Shown here in pieces: positions 50,834 to 61,519 of a stretch of 64,000 bases of DNA. The stretch comes from an uncultured Gemmatimonadales bacterium. Lineage in GTDB: Bacteria; Gemmatimonadota; Gemmatimonadetes; Longimicrobiales; Longimicrobiaceae. How positions within the stretch are numbered: position 1 is the stretch's first letter; each line of letters starts with the position of its first letter. A program made the position numbers and the translations under genes. Location: NCBI GenBank assembly GCA_963716255.1, contig OY970303.1, positions 3,776,001-3,840,000 on the forward strand, in the 5' to 3' direction. Below the pieces are notes generated by a model. It did not search any database. It was not told the DNA's origin and saw only the letters and a program-made list of their open reading frames with translations.

Positions 50834-53800
50834 ATGCTCCTCCCCAAGAAGCTCGCCGCCTCCCTCCTCGCGCTCTGCCTCACCGCGCTCCTTCCCTCCT
50901 GCGACTCCGGGATCACGTCCCCGGAACTGGACCGTCTCGGCGGAAATGGTCCGCGCCCGGCCGCCGTGCGGCTGGAGCGGGCCGAGCTGGAGCTCGTCCC
51001 GGGCGACACGGCGCGGCTCGCCGCCGAGGTGGTGAGCGCGAGCGGCTCCACCCTCACGGGGCAGGCGGTGTCCTGGTCCAGCGCCTCGCCCGAGGTCGTG
51101 AGCGTGAGCCGCGAGGGGACGCTCCGGGCGCTGCGCGAGGGCGAGGCCACGGTGACCGCCGCGGCCGGTCAGGCGAGCGCCACGCTGCGGGTGCGGGTAC
51201 GCGGCCGGGTGGTGGCCAGGCTGCTGATCTCCCCCAAGGAGGACACGCTGAACGCGGTGGGCGCGAGCGTCGTCCTGAACGCGACGGCGCTGGACCCCAG
51301 CGGCGCCCCGCTGGCCGTCGCCTCCATCTCCTGGCAGAGCCTGGACACCGACGTGGCGGTGGTGGATGCCGACGGACGGGTGACCTCCACCGGCTCCGGC
51401 ATGGCGCGGATCACGGCGGGGGCGGGCGGCAGGACCGACACCGTCCGCGTGCACGTGAAGCAGAACTCCGCCCCCCTGCGGGTACGGCCCCGCGACAGCG
51501 TGCTGGGCGCAATCGGCGACACGCTCCGCATCACCGCGGACGCGCAGGACGTCAACGGGAACCCGGTGGGCGCCTCGTCCGTGAAGTGGACGAGCCTGAA
51601 CCCGGCGGTGGCCACGGTGGACGGCGCGGGGCTGGTCACCGCCCGCGCCAACGGTGTCGCCCGCGTCGCGGCGGAGTACGGCGGCAGGGCGGACACGGCG
51701 CGGGTGGAGGTCAAGCAGCTGATCGCCTCCATCGCCGTCACCCCCGGCGCGCCGGTGGTGCAGGCGGGGCAGACGCAGGGGATGGTCGCCACTGCAAAGG
51801 ACGCCAACGGCAACGCCGTTCCCGGAGTGGCCTTCGGGTGGATGTCGTCCAACCCGGCTGCGGCGACGGTGGACGGGGCCGGATCGGTCCGCGCGGTGGC
51901 GCCGGGCGTGAGCTACGTCACGGCCGCGGCGGGAAGCATCAACGGCACCGCCACCGTGACGGTGACGGCGAACCCGGGGACGGTGCCGGCGCGGGTCGCG
52001 GTGGAGCCGGAGACGGCGACGCTCGACGCCATCGGCGCGGCGGCGCAGCTGGGCGCCACGGTGTACAGCGCGGCCGGCCCGGCCATGTCCGGGGTCGCGG
52101 TGACCTGGAGCAGCCTGGACGCGGGCGTCGCCGCGGTGGACGGTGCCGGCCGGGTGACCGCGAGGGCGACCGGGACGGCGCGCATCGTGGCGACCTCGGG
52201 GACGCTGGCGGACACCGCGGTCGTGACCGTGCGCCAGCTGGTGGCGGCGGTGACGGTGTCCCCCTCCGCGCCGGGGGTGCAGGCCGGGCAGTCGCAGCAG
52301 CTCACCGCCGCCGCCAAGGACGCCGGCGGGTACGACGTGCCGGGCGTCGCCTTCGCCTGGACCTCCTCCAACCCGGCGGCGGCCACGGTGGACGGCTCCG
52401 GCGTGGTGCGCGGCGTGGCGGCGGGCGTCAGCTACGTCACGGCGAGCGCGGCGGGCCGCAGCGCCGTCGCCACCGTCGCGGTGACGGCCGACCCGGGGTC
52501 GGTGGCGTCGCGGGTGGCGGTGTCCCCCGCGGCGACCACCCTGGACGCGCTGGGCGCCACGGCGCAGCTGGGCGCCACCGTGTACAGCGCGGCGGGGAGC
52601 GCCATGCCGGGGGCCTCGGTGGCGTGGAGCAGCCTGGACGCGGGCGTCGCCGCGGTGGACGCCTCCGGCCGGGTGACCGCGAAGGCGGCCGGGACGGCGC
52701 GCATCGTGGCGACCTCGGGGACGCTGGTGGACACGGCCACGGTGACGGTGCGCCAGGTGGTGGCGGCGGTGACGGTGACGCCCTCGTCGCCGGTAGTGCT
52801 GGAGGGCGGGACCCAGCAGATGAGCGCCGCGGCGACCGACGCCAACGGCAACCCCATCCCGGGCGCGGCGTTCGCCTGGACCTCGTCCAACGCGCCGGTC
52901 GCCACGGTGGACGCGGCGGGGGTGGTGCGGGCGGTGGCGGCGGGCGTCAGCTACGTGACCGCCGCCGCGGGCGGGAAGACGGCGACGGCCACCCTCACGG
53001 TCAACGCAGCCGCGGTGGTGCAGGCGCCCCCCGCCGCCGTGGCCACGGTGAGCGTGGCGCCGGGCTCGGCGGCCCTCGTGGTCGGCGGCGGCGCGCTCCT
53101 CACCGCCTCGGCGCGCGACGGGGCGGGGAACGTGCTCACCGGCCGGCCGGTGGCGTGGAGCACCTCCAACCCGGCGGTGGCGACCGTGTCGGCCTCGGGG
53201 ATGGTGACCGGCGTCGGCGTGGGGAGCGCCACGGTCACCGCCACTGTCGAGGGGAAGACGGGGACCGCAGCGATCACCATCACGGCGGACCCGGCGACCG
53301 TGGCGTCGCGAATCTCGGTGACCCCCGGCGCCGACACGCTGAACGCCCTGGGCGCGGCGACGCAGCTGCGGGCCACGGTGTACAGCGCCGCCGGCACGGC
53401 CATGTCCGGGGCCGCGGTGACCTGGAGCAGCCTGGGCGCGGGCGTCGCCACGGTGGACGCCGCGGGCCGGGTGACGGCGGTGGCGGCGGGGACGGCGCGG
53501 ATCGTCGCGTCGGCCGGGGCGCTGGCCGACACGGCGACGGTGGTGGTGCGCCAGGTGGTGGAGGCGGTGGCGGTGTCTCCCGCCGCCCCGGTGGTGCAGG
53601 AGGGCGGCACGCAGCAGGTGAGCGCCACGGCAAAGGACGCCAACGGCAACGACGTCGCGGGGGTGTCCTTCACCTGGACCACCTCCAACGCGGCGGCGGC
53701 CACGGTGAACGGCTCCGGGCTGGTCTCCGCGGTGGCCGCGGGCGTGAGCTACGTCACGGCGAGCGCGGGCGGCAGGAACGCCGTCGCCACGGTGACCGTC

Positions 53801-54877
53801 GCGGCGGCCCCGGTGGCGACCGTGACGGTTTCGCCGGGCTCCGCGACCCTCGCGGTGGGGGCCGCCGTGGACCTGTCGGCGGTGGCCAGGGATGCCGCCG
53901 GGCGCGTCCTGACCGGCCGGCCGGTGAGCTGGGCCACCTCCAACCCGGCGGTGGCGACGGTCTCCGGCACGGGGCTGGTGACGGGGGTGTCCGGCGGCGT
54001 GGCGACGATCACCGCCACCAGCGAGGGAAAGAGCGGGACCGCGCAGGTGACGGTGAGCGCGCCGGTCGTCGGGGCCGCGCTGGCCTTCCAGGACGGGTTC
54101 GAGGGCGGTGCGCCCGCGGCGGTCCAGGGCGGCTACGGGTGGACGGGGTACCGGGCCGCCTCGGGCGAGGGCGTCTCGGTGAGCCGCGACGTGGCGCGCA
54201 GCGGCGGCTACAGCATGAAGTTCACCTACGGCGGCAACGCGGATCCCTGCGCGGACTCGTGGGCGGAGCAGCGCTTCACCCTGGGCGAGAACCTGACCGA
54301 GGTGTGGCTGGAGTACTACATCTACCTGCCCAGCGGCGCCGACGGGAAGGGTCCGCGCTTCTACCACCGCAAGCCGGTCTGCCCCGGGGAGAGCGACCCC
54401 AACGGCACCGTGTCCAACAACAAGTTCTTCGCCCTGTGGGCCTCCAACTACGACGTGCGCGCCGCCTCCGGCGGGATGAAGGTGCTCCTCGAGTACCAGC
54501 GCACCGGCGTGGGCTCCGACGGCGACAGCCAGATGTACGGGATGTGGTGCAACGACACCAAGCTTTGCAGCAACTGGGGCGCGGAGAACGGCCGCTGGGA
54601 CCCCGCCTTCACGGACGGCATGCGGGGCCGCTGGGTGCAGGTGCGCATCCACACCCGCGCGGCGGACTCCAAGGCGGCGTCCAACGGGATGCTGCAGCTG
54701 TGGGTGGACGGGGCGCAGCGCATCAACATGCAGAACCTCGACCTGGCGCCCGAGGCGGGCGGGGAGCGCTGGTTCCGCAACGGCTACCTGATGGGGTGGG
54801 CCAACTCCGGCTTCAACGAGAACACCTCCATGTACGTGGACGACTTCCGGATCTTCCGCTCCAACCCTTCCTGGTGA
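50834..54877 (+). CDS. Large surface lipoprotein with 12 Ig-like (Big_2) repeats and the same C-terminal domain
   Basis: LLPSC lipobox-like; 12 W(S/T)SxxxxVAxVxxxG motifs; C-terminal domain near identical to those of 48955 and 60304. Confidence 0.88.
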   Translation: MLLPKKLAASLLALCLTALLPSCDSGITSPELDRLGGNGPRPAAVRLERAELELVPGDTARLAAEVVSASGSTLTGQAVSWSSASPEVVSVSREGTLRALREGEATVTAAAGQASATLRVRVRGRVVARLLISPKEDTLNAVGASVVLNATALDPSGAPLAVASISWQSLDTDVAVVDADGRVTSTGSGMARITAGAGGRTDTVRVHVKQNSAPLRVRPRDSVLGAIGDTLRITADAQDVNGNPVGASSVKWTSLNPAVATVDGAGLVTARANGVARVAAEYGGRADTARVEVKQLIASIAVTPGAPVVQAGQTQGMVATAKDANGNAVPGVAFGWMSSNPAAATVDGAGSVRAVAPGVSYVTAAAGSINGTATVTVTANPGTVPARVAVEPETATLDAIGAAAQLGATVYSAAGPAMSGVAVTWSSLDAGVAAVDGAGRVTARATGTARIVATSGTLADTAVVTVRQLVAAVTVSPSAPGVQAGQSQQLTAAAKDAGGYDVPGVAFAWTSSNPAAATVDGSGVVRGVAAGVSYVTASAAGRSAVATVAVTADPGSVASRVAVSPAATTLDALGATAQLGATVYSAAGSAMPGASVAWSSLDAGVAAVDASGRVTAKAAGTARIVATSGTLVDTATVTVRQVVAAVTVTPSSPVVLEGGTQQMSAAATDANGNPIPGAAFAWTSSNAPVATVDAAGVVRAVAAGVSYVTAAAGGKTATATLTVNAAAVVQAPPAAVATVSVAPGSAALVVGGGALLTASARDGAGNVLTGRPVAWSTSNPAVATVSASGMVTGVGVGSATVTATVEGKTGTAAITITADPATVASRISVTPGADTLNALGAATQLRATVYSAAGTAMSGAAVTWSSLGAGVATVDAAGRVTAVAAGTARIVASAGALADTATVVVRQVVEAVAVSPAAPVVQEGGTQQVSATAKDANGNDVAGVSFTWTTSNAAAATVNGSGLVSAVAAGVSYVTASAGGRNAVATVTVAAAPVATVTVSPGSATLAVGAAVDLSAVARDAAGRVLTGRPVSWATSNPAVATVSGTGLVTGVSGGVATITATSEGKSGTAQVTVSAPVVGAALAFQDGFEGGAPAAVQGGYGWTGYRAASGEGVSVSRDVARSGGYSMKFTYGGNADPCADSWAEQRFTLGENLTEVWLEYYIYLPSGADGKGPRFYHRKPVCPGESDPNGTVSNNKFFALWASNYDVRAASGGMKVLLEYQRTGVGSDGDSQMYGMWCNDTKLCSNWGAENGRWDPAFTDGMRGRWVQVRIHTRAADSKAASNGMLQLWVDGAQRINMQNLDLAPEAGGERWFRNGYLMGWANSGFNENTSMYVDDFRIFRSNPSW

Positions 54878-54906
54878 GCCGGCGGATAAGCCCGAGAAAC
54901 ACGCAC

Positions 54907-54941
54907 GGAGGCCCCCCGATCCCACGGATCGGGGGGCCTCC
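54907..54941. terminator. Bidirectional terminator hairpin
   Basis: gaggccccccgatcc-cac-ggatcggggggcctc. Confidence 0.7.
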
Positions 54942-54947
54942 TCGCCT

Positions 54948-56324
54948 TCAGGGCCGCTCGCCCTGCGCGCCGCTCCCGGCGAGCCAGTCGTTCCGCACCA
55001 CGCGCAGCTTCCCCGACGGCGCCCGCTCGATCTGCTCCACCCGCCGGATGCGCGCCCGCATTCCGTCCAGCCGGTCGCGCACGTACGCCTGGATCCGCTC
55101 CTCGAACTCCGGCGACAGCTCGCCGTCCGTCACCAGCCGCACCTCCAGCGTGTCGGGCCCGTCCTGGACCACCTGGTACTGGCGGAACGCTCCCGTCTCG
55201 GCGTGGAGCTGCACCATGAGGTAGTCCAGCTTCTCGCCGTGCCAGCGGCGTCCGGTGGGCGTGTACACCACGTCGTGGATGCGGCCCCACACCTCGCGCA
55301 GCGCGGGGAAGGGGCGCCCGCACGCGCACGGCCCCCCCTGCACGGCGAAGTCGCCCACGCGGTAGCGGACCAGGGGCATGGCGAAGTTGGTGAGGTCGGT
55401 CACGATCACCTCGCCGGTCTCGCCCGGCTCCGCCGGCCGTCCCTCGGGCGTGAGCACCTCCACCAGGACGTTCTCGCTCATCACGTGCAGGCTCCCGCTC
55501 TCGCACTCGTAGGCGATGGCGCCCACCTCCCCGCAGCCGTACTCGTTCTGGATGGGCGCCCCGAAGACCCGCTGGATCCGCTCCCTCTGGCGCTCGGTCA
55601 GCGGCTCGGAGGTGGGGACGATGGCGCGCAGCCCCAGCCGCCGCCCGTCGAGCCCCTTCTGCTCCACGTACTCCGCGAACAGGTGGATCAGGCTCGCGTA
55701 CCCGTAGAACCAGCGCGGCCGGAAGCGCAGGCAGCGCTCCCAGTAGCGGGCGAGGTCTTCCTCGTCCAGGTCGAAGGCGGAGAGCCGGATGCGGTTCATC
55801 GCCAGGTCGGCGAGGGCGAAGCGGACCCGCCGCTTGCGGGTGAGGGGGGTGCCCCAGAACCGGACGGCGCGGTCCGCCATGCGGATCCCGAACCATTCGA
55901 GCGCCATCCACGACGCCGCCATCTCCCGGGCGATGCCATCGCTGGTCTTGGTGACGCGGACCGGCTGCGCGGTGGATCCGCCCGTGGTCTTGTCCGTGGT
56001 GCGGCCCGGGACCGGGTCGCAGAGCATCGCCTCCCGGTGAAGCTGCAGGTCGGTCTTGGCGACCAGGGGAAGGTCGCGCAGCCGCGCCCGGGCCTCGTCC
56101 GCCGTCACGTCGCCGATCGCTCCCCACCGCTCCCGGTAGAACGGCGACGAGCGGCCGACGGTGGTCAGCAGGTGGGCGAGGCGCTCGTCCTGCCTGCGCC
56201 GCAGCTCGTCCGGCGGAAGCCGCTGGACCCTGCGCATCTCCTCCAGGTAGCGGAACACGGAGCCCTCGCCGCGCGCGAGCGTGGCGGTGCGGTAGACCAC
56301 GTTTGCGTGGAGCCAGCGGAGCAT
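54948..56324 (-). CDS. Phenylacetate-CoA ligase family protein (CapK-like)
   Basis: TTGGSTAQP, GYAS, TSEPL, NEYGCGE, TDLTNFAMPLVRYRVGD, SGKLR. Confidence 0.9.
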   Translation of the reverse strand: MLRWLHANVVYRTATLARGEGSVFRYLEEMRRVQRLPPDELRRRQDERLAHLLTTVGRSSPFYRERWGAIGDVTADEARARLRDLPLVAKTDLQLHREAMLCDPVPGRTTDKTTGGSTAQPVRVTKTSDGIAREMAASWMALEWFGIRMADRAVRFWGTPLTRKRRVRFALADLAMNRIRLSAFDLDEEDLARYWERCLRFRPRWFYGYASLIHLFAEYVEQKGLDGRRLGLRAIVPTSEPLTERQRERIQRVFGAPIQNEYGCGEVGAIAYECESGSLHVMSENVLVEVLTPEGRPAEPGETGEVIVTDLTNFAMPLVRYRVGDFAVQGGPCACGRPFPALREVWGRIHDVVYTPTGRRWHGEKLDYLMVQLHAETGAFRQYQVVQDGPDTLEVRLVTDGELSPEFEERIQAYVRDRLDGMRARIRRVEQIERAPSGKLRVVRNDWLAGSGAQGERP

Positions 56325-56511
56325 TGGGGACTCTGGGATCTGGGTGCGGACGAACCGGCCGGCACGGGCGACTGAAGCAACTCCCACACCCACCGGGAGT
56401 CGCGCTCCCGCACCAGTCGCGGGGCCCCCGTGCGTGGCACGGGCGCAACAGGTGTGCTTCGCCTCCGCCGCCGCGGACCGGGCCGAGCCCCCGGTGCGCG
56501 GCGGCGGGCCG

Positions 56512-56526
56512 GGGCATGTACGTTGC
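56512..56526 (+). promoter_or_regulatory. sigma54 promoter of the GT4/deacetylase/VanZ operon
   Basis: GGGCATGTACGTTGC, with CAACAGGTGTG at 56446. Confidence 0.6.
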
Positions 56527-56579
56527 CTCAGGGGAGCATCGCCCGCCACCCCGGCGAGCCCGACCACGATCCCGCGCAC

Positions 56580-57857
56580 ATGACGAAGACCGCCCGGCCG
56601 AAGCTGCTCTTCCTCTGCCAGACGCTCCCCTTTCCGCCGGACGGAGGGGTGCAGATCCGCACCTACAACGTCCTCCGGCTCCTGGCCCGGAGCTTCGAGG
56701 TCACCGCGCTGTGCTTCTACCGGGCGGGGATCTGCCGGTCGGAGGCCGCGGTGCGCGCGGCGGTGGCCGCCCTGGAGGCGCTGCCGGGGGTGGCCTCGGT
56801 GGAGGCGTTCCCCATCCCTCAGGAGCACAGCCGCGCCCGGCTGGCCTGGGACCACCTGCGCAGCGTGGCCTCGCGGCGGGCGTACACGGTGTTCTCGTAC
56901 GAGTCCGCGGGCTTCCGCGCCCGGGTGGAGGAGCTGCTCCGCACCGGCGGCTTCGACCTGGCGCACGTGGACAGCCTGGACCTTTCCGGCTACCTGCCGC
57001 TGCTGCGCGGCATCCCCGTGGCGTGCGTGCACCACAACGTGGAATCGGCGCTGCTGCGCAGGCGGGCGGAGAACGAGCGCTCGCCGCTGCTGCGGCGCTA
57101 CGTCGCGCTGCAGGCGGAGCTGCTGGAGGCCGAGGAGCGGCGCTGGTGCGGGCGCGTGGCGCTCAACGTGGCCGTTTCCGAGGAGGACCGCGGGCGATTC
57201 GGGCGGCTGGCGCCCGGCGCTCCGTTCACCGTGGTCCCCAACGGCGTGGACACGGACACCTTCCGGCCCGCGGCGGTTCCCCAGCGCGGGATCGTGTTCG
57301 TGGGCGGGTACAGCTGGTATCCCAACCGCGACGCGCTCGCCCACTTCGCCGGGGACATCCTCCCGCTGCTGCGCGCGCAGGTGCCGGGCGTGCGGGTCCG
57401 CTGGGTGGGGCGCGCGCCGGACGAGGTGCGCCGCGGCCATCGCGAGCGGTACGGCATGGAGCTGACGGGCTACGTGGAGGACATCCGCCCCCTGGTGCAC
57501 GAGGCGGCGTGCTACGTGGTCCCGCTGCGCGTGGGCGGCGGCACCCGGCTCAAGATCCTGGACGCCTGGGCCATGGGAAAGGCGGTGGTCAGCACCACCG
57601 TGGGGTGCGAGGGGCTGGACGCGCGCGACGGGGAGAACATCCTGGTCCGCGACGACCCGGCGGAGTTCGCCGCCGCGGTGCGGCGGGTGCTGGAGGACGA
57701 GGTGCTCCGCGCCCGGCTGGGCGAGGGCGCCCGGCGCACCGCCGAGGAAGTGTACGAGTGGGAGGTGATCGGCCGCTCCATGGCCGCGGACTACCTGTCG
57801 CTGCTCGGATCGGCGGCGGAAGTCCGGGTGCACGCGGGGGCGGGACGGCCCGCCTGA
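56580..57857 (+). CDS. Glycosyltransferase family 4
   Basis: PFPPDGG, HNVES, PNGVD, VPLRVGGGTRLKILDAWAMG. Confidence 0.92.
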   Translation: MTKTARPKLLFLCQTLPFPPDGGVQIRTYNVLRLLARSFEVTALCFYRAGICRSEAAVRAAVAALEALPGVASVEAFPIPQEHSRARLAWDHLRSVASRRAYTVFSYESAGFRARVEELLRTGGFDLAHVDSLDLSGYLPLLRGIPVACVHHNVESALLRRRAENERSPLLRRYVALQAELLEAEERRWCGRVALNVAVSEEDRGRFGRLAPGAPFTVVPNGVDTDTFRPAAVPQRGIVFVGGYSWYPNRDALAHFAGDILPLLRAQVPGVRVRWVGRAPDEVRRGHRERYGMELTGYVEDIRPLVHEAACYVVPLRVGGGTRLKILDAWAMGKAVVSTTVGCEGLDARDGENILVRDDPAEFAAAVRRVLEDEVLRARLGEGARRTAEEVYEWEVIGRSMAADYLSLLGSAAEVRVHAGAGRPA

Positions 57858-57892
57858 GTCCTCCCTTCTCCCACGCGGCGGCATCCAGGGGC

Positions 57893-58810
57893 ATGCGCAC
57901 CCTCCTCAAGCACTCGGTCGAGAAGGTCCTCTGCCGCGGCGGGGCCACGCGCGCCGCGCGGCGGCGCCGCCGCGGGGGGACCCTGGTGCTCGCCTACCAC
58001 AACGTGGTGCCCCGCGGCGAGTCGCGCGAGGGCGACCGCAGCCTCCACCTCCCCCAGGACGACTTCGCGCGCCAGCTGGAGCTTCTCGGGCGCACGCACG
58101 AGGTCGTCCCGCTCGCCGCGCTCTTCGCGCCCCCCGCGGCGGGCGGGCGGCCGCGCGCCGTGATCACCTTCGACGACGCGTACCGCGGCGCGGTGACCGC
58201 GGGGGTGGAGGAGCTGGCGCGGCGGGGGCTCCCGGCCACCATCTTCGTCACCCCCGGCTTCCTGGACGGGCGGTCGTTCTGGTGGGACGCGCTCGCCGCC
58301 CCCGGCCAGGCGGGTCTGGCGCCGGAGGTGCGCGACCGCTGCCTGGGCGAGCTGCGCGGCATGGACGCCGAGGTCCGCCGCTGGGCCCGCGAGCGGGGGA
58401 TGCCGCTGCGCGAAGTGCCGCCGCACCAGGCCGGGGCCGCCGAGGCGGAGCTGCGGGCCGCGCACGCCACGGACGGGATCACGCTGGGGGCCCACAGCTG
58501 GGGCCACCCCAACCTGGCGGCGCTGGCGCCGGCGGAGCTGGAGGAGGAGATGGTCCGTCCGCTCGCCTGGCTGCGGGAGCGCTTCGCGGGGGTGCTCCCC
58601 TGGCTGGCCTACCCGTACGGGCTGGCCTCCCCCGCGGTGGAGGAGGCGGCGCGCCGGGCGGGGTACGAGGGTGCCTTCCGCGTGGAGGGCGGGTGGATGC
58701 CGCGGCCGGGGGAGCCCATCCGCCGCCACGCGCTCCCTCGCGCGAACGTCCCCGCGGGCGCGTCGCTGGACAACTTCGAGCTGCGCACCTCCGGCCTCCT
58801 CCGCGGCTAG
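57893..58810 (+). CDS. Polysaccharide deacetylase (NodB homology)
   Basis: LAYHNV, ITFDDAY, GAHSWGH, LAYPYG. Confidence 0.92.
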   Translation: MRTLLKHSVEKVLCRGGATRAARRRRRGGTLVLAYHNVVPRGESREGDRSLHLPQDDFARQLELLGRTHEVVPLAALFAPPAAGGRPRAVITFDDAYRGAVTAGVEELARRGLPATIFVTPGFLDGRSFWWDALAAPGQAGLAPEVRDRCLGELRGMDAEVRRWARERGMPLREVPPHQAGAAEAELRAAHATDGITLGAHSWGHPNLAALAPAELEEEMVRPLAWLRERFAGVLPWLAYPYGLASPAVEEAARRAGYEGAFRVEGGWMPRPGEPIRRHALPRANVPAGASLDNFELRTSGLLRG

Positions 58811-58832
58811 GATCGGGACGCGTGCGCTCACC

Positions 58833-60083
58833 GTGAGCCCCGTTCCCCCCCGGCGCGCCGCCGCGACGGCCTGCGTCCTGGCCGCCGCGCTCGCCATCGC
58901 GGCGCTGACGCTCTTCCCCGTGGGCGACGCGCCGAAGCGGCCCATCGAGCTGTGCCTCGTCTGCGGCGAGCGCGGCCTCGCCGACGCCATCCTCAACGTC
59001 TTCCTCTTCGTCCCGCTCGGCGCGGCGCTGGCGCTCGGCGTCGCGTCCGCGGGGCGCGCGGCCCTCCTGGGCGCCGCCTTTTCCGCGGCCGTGGAGCTGT
59101 GCCAGCACCTGGTCCCGGGGCGCGATCCCAGCCCCGCCGACATCCTCTTCAACACCGTGGGGACGGCGCTCGGCTTCGCGGTGCTGCGCTCGGCCCCGGC
59201 CTGGCTGCATCCGCCCCCGCGCCGCGCGGCGGGCCTCCTCGCCGCGGCCGTCGTGCTGCCGCTGGCCCTCGCCGCGGCGGGGGGATGGCTGCTCGCGCCG
59301 GCGCTGCCGCGCTCCGTGTACTACGGGCAGTGGACGGCGGACCTGGGCTACCTGGCGTGGTACCGCGGCCGCGTGTCCGCCGCCCGGGTGGGGGAGGTGC
59401 CGGTGCCGTCGTGGCGGATGGAGCGGGAGTCGCCGCGCCTGCGGGCGCTGCTGCTGGAGGGAGCCCCCATCCGGGTCGCCGGGGTGGCGGGCCCGCCCCC
59501 GCCCTCGCTCGCGCCGGTCTTCAGCATCTACGACGACCGGCAGCGGGAGGTGGTGCTCGCGGGGATCGACGGCGAGGACGCGGTGTTCCGCTTCCGCACC
59601 CGGAGCACGGCGCTGCGGATGGACCAGCCCGACCTCCGCGTCCCGGGCGCCTTTCGCGGCGTCCGGCCCGGCGACCGACTGCGGCTGGCGGTCGCCCGGC
59701 GGGGGCGCGGGTACTGCCTGGAGGGCAGCGCCGCCGGGGCGTGCTCGCTGGGCTTCACCGCGGCCGACACCTGGGCGGTGCTCATCTTTCCCTCCTCGCT
59801 CCCCGCGTCCGGGCGGCGGCTCGTCGGCCTGCTCTGGATGGCCGGCCTCTTCCTTCCCGCGGGGCTCTGGCTCCGCGGCCGGGGGCAGGCGCTGGCGGCC
59901 GGCGCCGCCGTCTGCGCCGGGCTGCTTGCCGTCCCCCTGGCGACGACCCTCCTCCCGACGCCGCTTTCCGCGCTGCTCGCCGCCCTGGCCGGGATGGGCG
60001 CGGGGGCACTCGGCTCGAAGTTGTCGGGCGCAGCGACATGCAAGCCTCCCGTGTCCGCCGCGGATGGGTCGAATTGGCCATGA
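58833..60083 (+). CDS. VanZ-family membrane protein with extracytoplasmic domain
   Basis: DAILNVFLFVPLG, VELCQ..PGRDPS..DILFNTVG. Confidence 0.82.
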   Translation: MSPVPPRRAAATACVLAAALAIAALTLFPVGDAPKRPIELCLVCGERGLADAILNVFLFVPLGAALALGVASAGRAALLGAAFSAAVELCQHLVPGRDPSPADILFNTVGTALGFAVLRSAPAWLHPPPRRAAGLLAAAVVLPLALAAAGGWLLAPALPRSVYYGQWTADLGYLAWYRGRVSAARVGEVPVPSWRMERESPRLRALLLEGAPIRVAGVAGPPPPSLAPVFSIYDDRQREVVLAGIDGEDAVFRFRTRSTALRMDQPDLRVPGAFRGVRPGDRLRLAVARRGRGYCLEGSAAGACSLGFTAADTWAVLIFPSSLPASGRRLVGLLWMAGLFLPAGLWLRGRGQALAAGAAVCAGLLAVPLATTLLPTPLSALLAALAGMGAGALGSKLSGAATCKPPVSAADGSNWP

Positions 60084-60303
60084 GCCGTCCGGGTATGTGG
60101 CGGTGATGCCCCGGTGTGGGGCACACATGCCGCAGCCCGGCGGGGAGATGCGCGGCCCGGAGCGCCTGTCCAGACAGGCGCCGCGCGGGTTTTCGCCGTG
60201 GGGAGCGTGCTGCGCGAAACTTGAAGTAGGCGGGCCCGGCGGCCGGGGAAGCTGCCCCGGGCCTTGCCCACCACCGATCACCACTCGTTGCAAAGGAGCG
60301 ACG

Positions 60304-61425
60304 ATGTACCGCAGAACGTCCTTCGTTCTGGTCGTCGTCCTGCTCGCCCTGATAAACCCCCTCAAGGCACAGGACAGCTCGACCGTCACCGATCGCCAGC
60401 TGCGCCAGCGGCTCGATGCTTCGCTGAACGACACCCGCAGCTCCATCCAGGAGCTGAACCAGCTGCTCATGCGGATGGAGGCGATGCGCGCGGCCATCAA
60501 CGCCCGGATCGCGCGCGACAGCCTCGCCTCGCGCGGCCCCACCGGGACCACGCGCACGCCGACGGGCGTGGGCACGACCGGGGGACCGAGCACGCCCGTC
60601 ACCGGCAACCCGTCCGCCGTGGCGCCCGTGTTCGAGGACGGCTTCGAGGGAGGCATCCCGTCCGAACCCCGGAACGGGTACGGGTGGCTGGGCTACAAGC
60701 CCGCCGCCGGCGAGGGCGTGGCCGTGAGCCGGGACCTGGGCCGCAGCGGCTCCGGGAGTATGCGGTTCACCTACTCCGGCAACGCGGATCCCTGCGCGGA
60801 CTCGTGGGCGGAGCAGCGCTTCACGCTGGGCGAGAACCTGACCGAGGTGTGGCTGGAGTACTACATCTACATGCCCACCGGCGCCGAGGGGAAGGGAGCG
60901 CGCTTCTTCCACCGCCGGCCGGTCTGCCCGCGGGAAAGCGATCCCAACGGCACCATCTCCAACAACAAGTTCTTCGCGCTGTGGGCCTCCAACTACGACG
61001 TGCGCGCCGCGCCCGGCGGGATGAAGGTGCTCTTCGAGTACCAGCGCACCAGCGGTCCGGGCGACGGCGACAGCCAGCTGTACGGGATGTGGTGCAACGA
61101 CGACAAGCTTTGCAGCAACTGGGGCGCGGAGAACGGCCGCTGGGACCCCGCCTTCACGAGCTCCATGCGCGGCCGCTGGGTGCAGGTGCGTATCCACACC
61201 CGCGCGGCGGACTCCAAGGCGGCGTCCAACGGGATGCTGCAGCTGTGGGTGGACGGGGCGCAGCGCATCAACATGCAGAACCTCGACCTGGCGCCCGAGG
61301 CGGGCGGGGAGCGCTGGTTCCGCAACGGCTACCTGATGGGGTGGGCCAACTCCGGCTTCGACCAGCCCACCGCCATCTACGTCGACGACTTCAAGATCTT
61401 CCGCTCCAACCCGGGGTGGCAGTGA
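60304..61425 (+). CDS. Secreted protein: coiled coil, Thr/Pro linker and the same C-terminal domain
   Basis: AAGGAG RBS, signal peptide ending PLKA|Q, heptad helix, FEDGFE..EVWLEYYIY..NNKF..YVDDF. Confidence 0.85.
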   Translation: MYRRTSFVLVVVLLALINPLKAQDSSTVTDRQLRQRLDASLNDTRSSIQELNQLLMRMEAMRAAINARIARDSLASRGPTGTTRTPTGVGTTGGPSTPVTGNPSAVAPVFEDGFEGGIPSEPRNGYGWLGYKPAAGEGVAVSRDLGRSGSGSMRFTYSGNADPCADSWAEQRFTLGENLTEVWLEYYIYMPTGAEGKGARFFHRRPVCPRESDPNGTISNNKFFALWASNYDVRAAPGGMKVLFEYQRTSGPGDGDSQLYGMWCNDDKLCSNWGAENGRWDPAFTSSMRGRWVQVRIHTRAADSKAASNGMLQLWVDGAQRINMQNLDLAPEAGGERWFRNGYLMGWANSGFDQPTAIYVDDFKIFRSNPGWQ

Positions 61426-61463
61426 GCCGGGGGTGAGCGCGCGGCGCCCACCCTGAACGAACG

Positions 61464-61503
61464 GGGACCTCCGCCGGAACCGGATCCGGCGGAGGTCCTT
61501 TTC
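61464..61503. terminator. Rho-independent terminator
   Basis: ggacctccgccgga-accgga-tccggcggaggtcc followed by a T run. Confidence 0.8.
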
Positions 61504-61519
61504 GCGTCCCGCGACGGCT

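Noticed and set aside
60084..60303. Third GEMM riboswitch upstream of the third paralog
   Set aside because: No GCAAA/GAAA/GACGC core found; only generic GC hairpins
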